Below are positions 58,789-64,000 of a stretch of DNA of 64,000 nucleotides, one piece after another. The stretch comes from Klebsormidium nitens (taxonomy: Eukaryota > Plantae > Klebsormidiophyceae): assembly GCA_000708835.1 (NCBI GenBank), contig DF236987.1, positions 186,001 to 250,000 on the forward strand, read 5' to 3'. The position numbers and the translations under genes are program-made. The notes below the pieces were generated by a model. That model was not told the origin of the DNA. It saw only the letters and a list, made by a program, of their open reading frames with translations, and searched no databases. Every line of letters starts with the position of its first letter. Within the stretch, counting starts at the first letter, position 1.

Positions 58789-61700
58789 CTACGAGGAGGC
58801 AGAGGCGCCCCCTTGCTCCTCTTCCATCTTCTCTGCTACCAACTTGGTCGAGAAAGCCAGTTTTTGAGGAACCTGCAACAAGAACGTGATGTTCAGCACA
58901 GTTAATGTCAACTTGGCGGGTTTGATGCAATGATAACAGGGCGGGCTGACGCAATATAAGCACGCACACGACTAGGACATCGTCAAAGGCTAGAATTTCA
59001 AGAAGGAAAAGACAAAACCGAGAAAAACACACCTTCGGGGCAGAACTGTGTCTGCCATGAAAACAAGTAGCTAGAAGGTCTGAGGCGCATCTTGTCCGTT
59101 TTCACTGTGGCTGCCGTGGGATCCATTCTGGTATAATGGACACTGATTGACTTGGCCCTCAAAGACCCAATGAAGAGTCAGCCACCTTCCGAACGTCGAC
59201 TAGAGACGTCATGCATTTGGGAGGAAAACACTCGACTACTTCGCTCACCGCATTGACGCTCCGTGCCACCTTGGTCGGCACGGCCTTGATGAGCATAGCA
59301 ATCTTGGTAATGAGCTCGAGCTTCGTGGGCATCTTCTCAACGCTGGAGAAGTCGGCGGGCGCGACGAAGCTGCCGTCGAGGCAACCGCCGACGAAGTCCT
59401 GCTCCAACTTGTACTCCTTCTGTAGAGCAGAAAACAGGTTGGCGTGAGAAGCAAAACCCATTGAAGCTTGAAAGATTAGGAAGTCTGTATGAGGTTCTGC
59501 TGTTCAGCAGGAGGATGATTCGTATGCATAACGTTACATAAAGGTTGATTTCCCCAAGAATATTGAGTCGTGTGAATCTTCTTGTGACAAGGCAGCCCCA
59601 CAAGAAGTCACACTCCGACTTGTACTCCCTCTGTGGAGCGGAAAGAGGATTGGCATGAGAAGGAGGGCCCGGAGGTTGCTCAGGCAACAACTAGTAACGG
59701 GATCTGTCAGAGGGTCCGAAGGGCAGAATGGCCTGTTGTTTTATTACGGGTTCGCCGTTCACAAGGTGTAAACCTCGCATGGAAGTGATCTTCTTCCAAC
59801 GTTTCCGAGCAATTGCTGCGGCGGCAGGATTAGCAAGTTTCGAAGCTTGGATTAGATGTGGTCGTATCGGCCGTGTCTCCCGCACAGGAGAAGTGTTAAC
59901 GTGACAAGGAAGGCAGAACAGTTGGCCTCAACGTTCTTTAAGACATGTCCGTTCGAACTTCGACCTGGAACTAAAACAAAAGAAGACAGGACAGAGTAGC
60001 GAGTCTCCTCGTTTGCAGGACGCCGTCTGATAGAAAGTCAAACCAACAAACCACAATCTGGAAGCCCACCCCCAAATGTCTTACAAAACCACACGAGATA
60101 CTCTCACGGTACATGAGAAAGGTGGCACTTCTCCCAATGATGGTCCCTATTAGAAACCCCAGACTTCTCGCAAGACAGTAGAGGCGTGAACAATCTCCAC
60201 AATATGATGTCCATGCAGTTTCTGAACGCTAAATCTTAGCCTGCAGATCCCAGAGAAGTTTGAACTGGTCAGGGATTCCCCTGGGGTCTCAAAACCGAGA
60301 TGCTTTTGCAAAACCGCGTAAGTCGTACCTGCATGTCCCGGAAGGGCTTGATCGCGCTCCCAAACTCGTCCCCCTCGACAAACATCCAGACGTTCATGCC
60401 CTTGAGCAGCGGCTTGAGCGACTCGTACTTGACGTTGCCGTCGTCAATCGCCTTGCCCACCAGCTTGTTCTTGGCGACCAGCAGAGTGGCTGAAGGGGGC
60501 ATCTTCCGCCGCAACTCCTCCATTTGCTTGACCTGGTGATGTCACAATTAGGGTTTCGGATATGAGTAAGTCAGCAATTGAGACCGAAACTCAAAAAGCT
60601 TTCTGGGTTTTCTGGGCTTTCTGGTTCTAGGTTGACGTCGCTTGTACTCGGCTACCAGGAACGTCGCCAGATTCTCCTCCGCAAAGTCCTCCAACTGCTC
60701 AGCATGTCAAACGCCGAAAATTGTTCACAGATTCCTAGTGCATAGAAACGAGAACCTCCCGATAATGTTCCGAAACCTGTGGACATTTACTTTTTGCTTC
60801 ACCTGATTGAAAGTAGGACAGCCGACTGCCTAGACTGAAGTTTTAAGAATCCTCAGGCGCTTCTCAACAATGGCTTTGCTCTTATACTTGGAAGATTCAA
60901 TCTACTTGATCAAACTATTTTTCTCGAACAGGCAGGTTGCAACGAATGCAACGTCTTCATACGACGATAAGCCCGAGATTGGGTCTCTCTTGCCAATACG
61001 GACTGACGGCGTCTTTTCACTGCGCCAACTTCGGAGCCCAATTTGGAAGAGGAACTGGACAAGAAAAGCAGCCACGATCGCCGCGGGCCTTTGCCCAGAC
61101 GGCTACAAAGACTAACTGCAATATACCAGGACTTGGAAATTCGGTCCATGGAATCGGCAAGTCAAAGAGCACTGACGGAAGACGGCAAACACACGGGGGA
61201 CTGAGCTCCGATTTGCCGGGATCCTCAGGAGCGAAAGCGGCAAACAGTGATCGAGGGGCTGAGGAGCGCTAGTCGGAACTGGTCACGGCACGCCGCTAGC
61301 ATTCCCGGTTTACAAAGTGGTAAGCCGGGCGCGGTGCGGGTTGGTGGAATGGCAGTTAGAAACGGATTGAACACACCAGGTACGTCGCAGGGAAACGGGG
61401 ACAGAAGCGTCCGGTTCGGAACGTACCGTAAAGCCCTTGTACGCGATGCCCGCCACAAAGGTGGACTTTTCTAGTTGCTCCTTCACTTTCTCAACGGTCG
61501 CCTCCTTCTTTTCCCGAGTTAGGGCGTTGCTAATCTGGACGCGAAAGAATCAAGTCAGACACGAGAGTTGGACCAGGGTTTTGAACGCCACGAGGAGAGT
61601 GTCTGTTCTTGCGTCAAATCATCCTTCCTAGAGACGAACCCATTGATCGGGAGTTGTAGCGAGCAAAGATCTGATGAACATCTTTCATTTTCACCAGCGT

Positions 61701-62271
61701 TTCAGGATCCTGGGGTGTGACTTGAGTGCATCTAGACAGAAGCCCCTTCTATGATCGTGTTGTCCCGAAATGAGCGTATCCACCAGGCTGAGTCTTCTGC
61801 AGGCATGTTGTGAAGATGGACAAAATCAACACACAAGCTACTCTCAACAACTCACGAAGCTGATCATCCCACGACAACAGTGTTTTCCTCGTGACAGCAA
61901 CTTTGGCCCTAACAAGTTCCTCTTTCGGATGAACGAACAATCTTACGTGACGACAAACCAAACGGGATTCCAGCCGACATGTCAACATAGCGAAGAGAAT
62001 GACCGACTCGATCAGGTGGGTATGCGTTGCATTCTCGACAAAAGGAACAAGTAGTCTTACTCAATGCAGGCTGAAAGCATGTAAATAGGGCGACAAGCAT
62101 GCTCAAAACCTTTGATACAAGGGGAATTTGTACAACGATTAACGACCCTGCAACCTTGAGACGCAAAGACCACTGACCTGCAAGCTGCCCCTTCTTGAAA
62201 CGCCCTCCGATCGGCACGGGGCCGCAACGCTCGCTCCGAAGAAGTCGGTGGACCTACCCTGGAAGGTACAC
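58789..62271 (-). CDS. RPL10: Plastid 50S ribosomal protein uL10; first (ATG) exon upstream of 62271 not resolved
   Basis: Exons 62271-62178 (transit-peptide-like), 61534-61427, 60532-60329, 59419-59249, 58872-58789. Sequence ALTREKKEATVEKVKEQLE...YKGFT-VKQMEELRRKMP...LLVAKNKLVGKA...LKGMNVWMFV...MPTKLELITKIAMLIKAVPTKVARSVNAVP. Confidence 0.9.
59585..59660 (-). repeat. Copy of the RPL10 acceptor junction of exon 59419-59249
   Basis: Minus strand tctcatgccaatcctctttccgctccacag|agggagtacaagtcggagtgtgacttc versus the real tctcacgccaacctgttttctgctctacag|AAGGAGTACAAGTTGGAGCAGGACTTC; offset 211 bp. Confidence 0.85.
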
Positions 62272-64000
62272 CTGCAGAATGCACCGTGTTGTCTGGATCA
62301 GCATCCGAATTGCTTTTGAAAGTGACACTGGGGAGGGAGGGGCGTGAAAGACAAGAATGCTGACAAACGCCAGAGGTGTTCTGAGAGGTTTTCTGAGTCA
62401 GGTCCACCCTTCTTGTGAAACGTGCAAGCTCTATGCATAAGAAGCGTTTGTCTGGCTTCTGCCGACGGGTGCAACGCTGCACTATGGACAGAGTGAGCTC
62501 CTTTGGAGTTCCATAATCTTGCAGACATTGTGACGGCACGACTTCGCAGCTCTGTTTGCCCATCGTTTATGGGGGGGCAGGCAAATGTTTTTAGCGGTTT
62601 ATAGAGGTGCACACATCAATCATCAGGATCAGACATTGGAGGAAACACTGCCCCAAATACTCGCCACTAATGTTTGCCCCCCCAAAATTCCGCATTCTTT
62701 TTTAAAGCCGTGGTGCCCGAGTTGAACCCAGATGCTTGTAATATGGGTGCTGCTTTCGTGCATAATATTTGTCTCGCATCATCCTCAACCTCCCCAACAG
62801 ACAGTCAACAACCACAAGCAGAAAACATCGCTCAGAAGAAAGTTGTTTCGAGTGCCCTTGCAAGAAGCTATTCCGAGCTTGCGGGGCAACCTAAGGATCT
62901 TCCACAAAACAACTGGAGACACTCTTCTATCCTGGCACGCTCTTTACAATGATGGACACCTGACCCGGTATGACAAACCGTAACGTCAGAGGTTTTACGG
63001 AAGCTGCTAGCATCCGGTCCTTGGTCAGATTGACAACCAACAAAGTCGGGAGTCCCAGACAAAGCGTGCATGAGAATGAAACAGGCTCTGGCTAGAGGAC
63101 CTGACAGGTCCCATCTCCAGGTTCGATATCAACTTAAAGGATTCGAAAGGCAATCAACAGAGCGGAGCCTCTCAGAGACTAAGAATCACAAGTTGGTTCA
63201 ACACTCGACCTCTGGGGGAGCACATTTGTTCGAGCCAGTCAATGCAGTTTCGTAAGTCAAAGAAGCTCAGCTGCCGGTCAGATTGCATTCTTTGAAGAAA
63301 CAGATGCGTCACCATTACCATGTTCTGAAATGACGGTTGGACGACTCATTCCAGTATGCTCAGCAAACAGTAAGGCACACCTGATTGTACCATTACCAAT
63401 CTTGAGCACACGGGCAGCTGAAGACTGCTGCCATATGGCCCCAACCCTAATCGGCTACCAAACGAAGACAAACTGATGTGACATCCCCTTCACTTTTGCT
63501 TGACCATACGGACAGCATTTGAAACATTTCTGGTGAACAACCTTCCAAAGAACTGAGATGCCGACTGAAATGCCTTTCTGGCTTTTCCGCATTGAGCCAG
63601 TGCATAAACGAGGGATAGTTTTGCATTGCACAGCCGTCTGCTTGTACTTTCGAGAGGGCTGCATTTGCAGATGCTGACCCGGGTCTGTTTAAGGAAGACA
63701 CAGGACTTTCTTTTGCACCAGACAAGCAATCACATTTGTGGACACATACGCCAAACAAAGACTAGGCGCCTTCTTCTTGGAAGCTGTGTTTCGACCCCAT
63801 CGGCAGCCTCTTTCCAGAATGCACTGAACATGAGATTGAGAAAAGATAGTCCAATGTAGACCTCCAATGCAGCCAAACATCCACCACCAGTCTATCCGCA
63901 ATGCACCGGAGCTCTCAGTTGAATATAACACTCTACTTAGGAGGATGCCACCTTCTCATCAACCCTTCTTTTGAAGAGGTTAATCAGGTTGGAAGGACCG

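Noticed and set aside
50667-62271. Functional cluster of plastid-targeted genes (PGK, RPL10, also PurL)
   Set aside because: The pathways are unrelated and plastid-targeted genes are common, so adjacency is expected by chance.
1-64000. tRNA, rRNA, snoRNA or autonomous transposon ORFs
   Set aside because: I saw no convincing cloverleaf or T-loop, rRNA, paired C/D boxes, or RT/transposase motifs by eye. tRNAscan, Infernal and RepeatMasker runs would be needed to exclude them.

Overview
Intron-rich eukaryotic nuclear DNA of about 50-55% GC with canonical GT-AG introns. The gene content points to a streptophyte green alga or early-diverging plant; a Klebsormidium-like source is my inference only. 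I hand-spliced nine gene models, checking splice phases: dienelactone hydrolase (+), a divergent cyclin (-), a 26-exon plastid FGAM synthase PurL/PUR4 (+), an RS2Z SR splicing factor (-), a BSD-domain protein (+), an F-box/LRR gene with an in-frame TGA and frameshifted acidic tail (-), a SAAL1-like ARM protein (+), plastid phosphoglycerate kinase (+) and plastid ribosomal protein uL10 (-). The most striking unexplained structure is in the introns. At eight independent sites in four genes, the intron holds 1-5 degenerate tandem copies of the adjacent splice junction (intron end plus exon start, or exon end plus intron start), most keeping an AG or GT. Two related MITE-like hairpin elements also sit in BSD and PGK introns. 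I found no rRNA, tRNA, CRISPR array or autonomous transposon.
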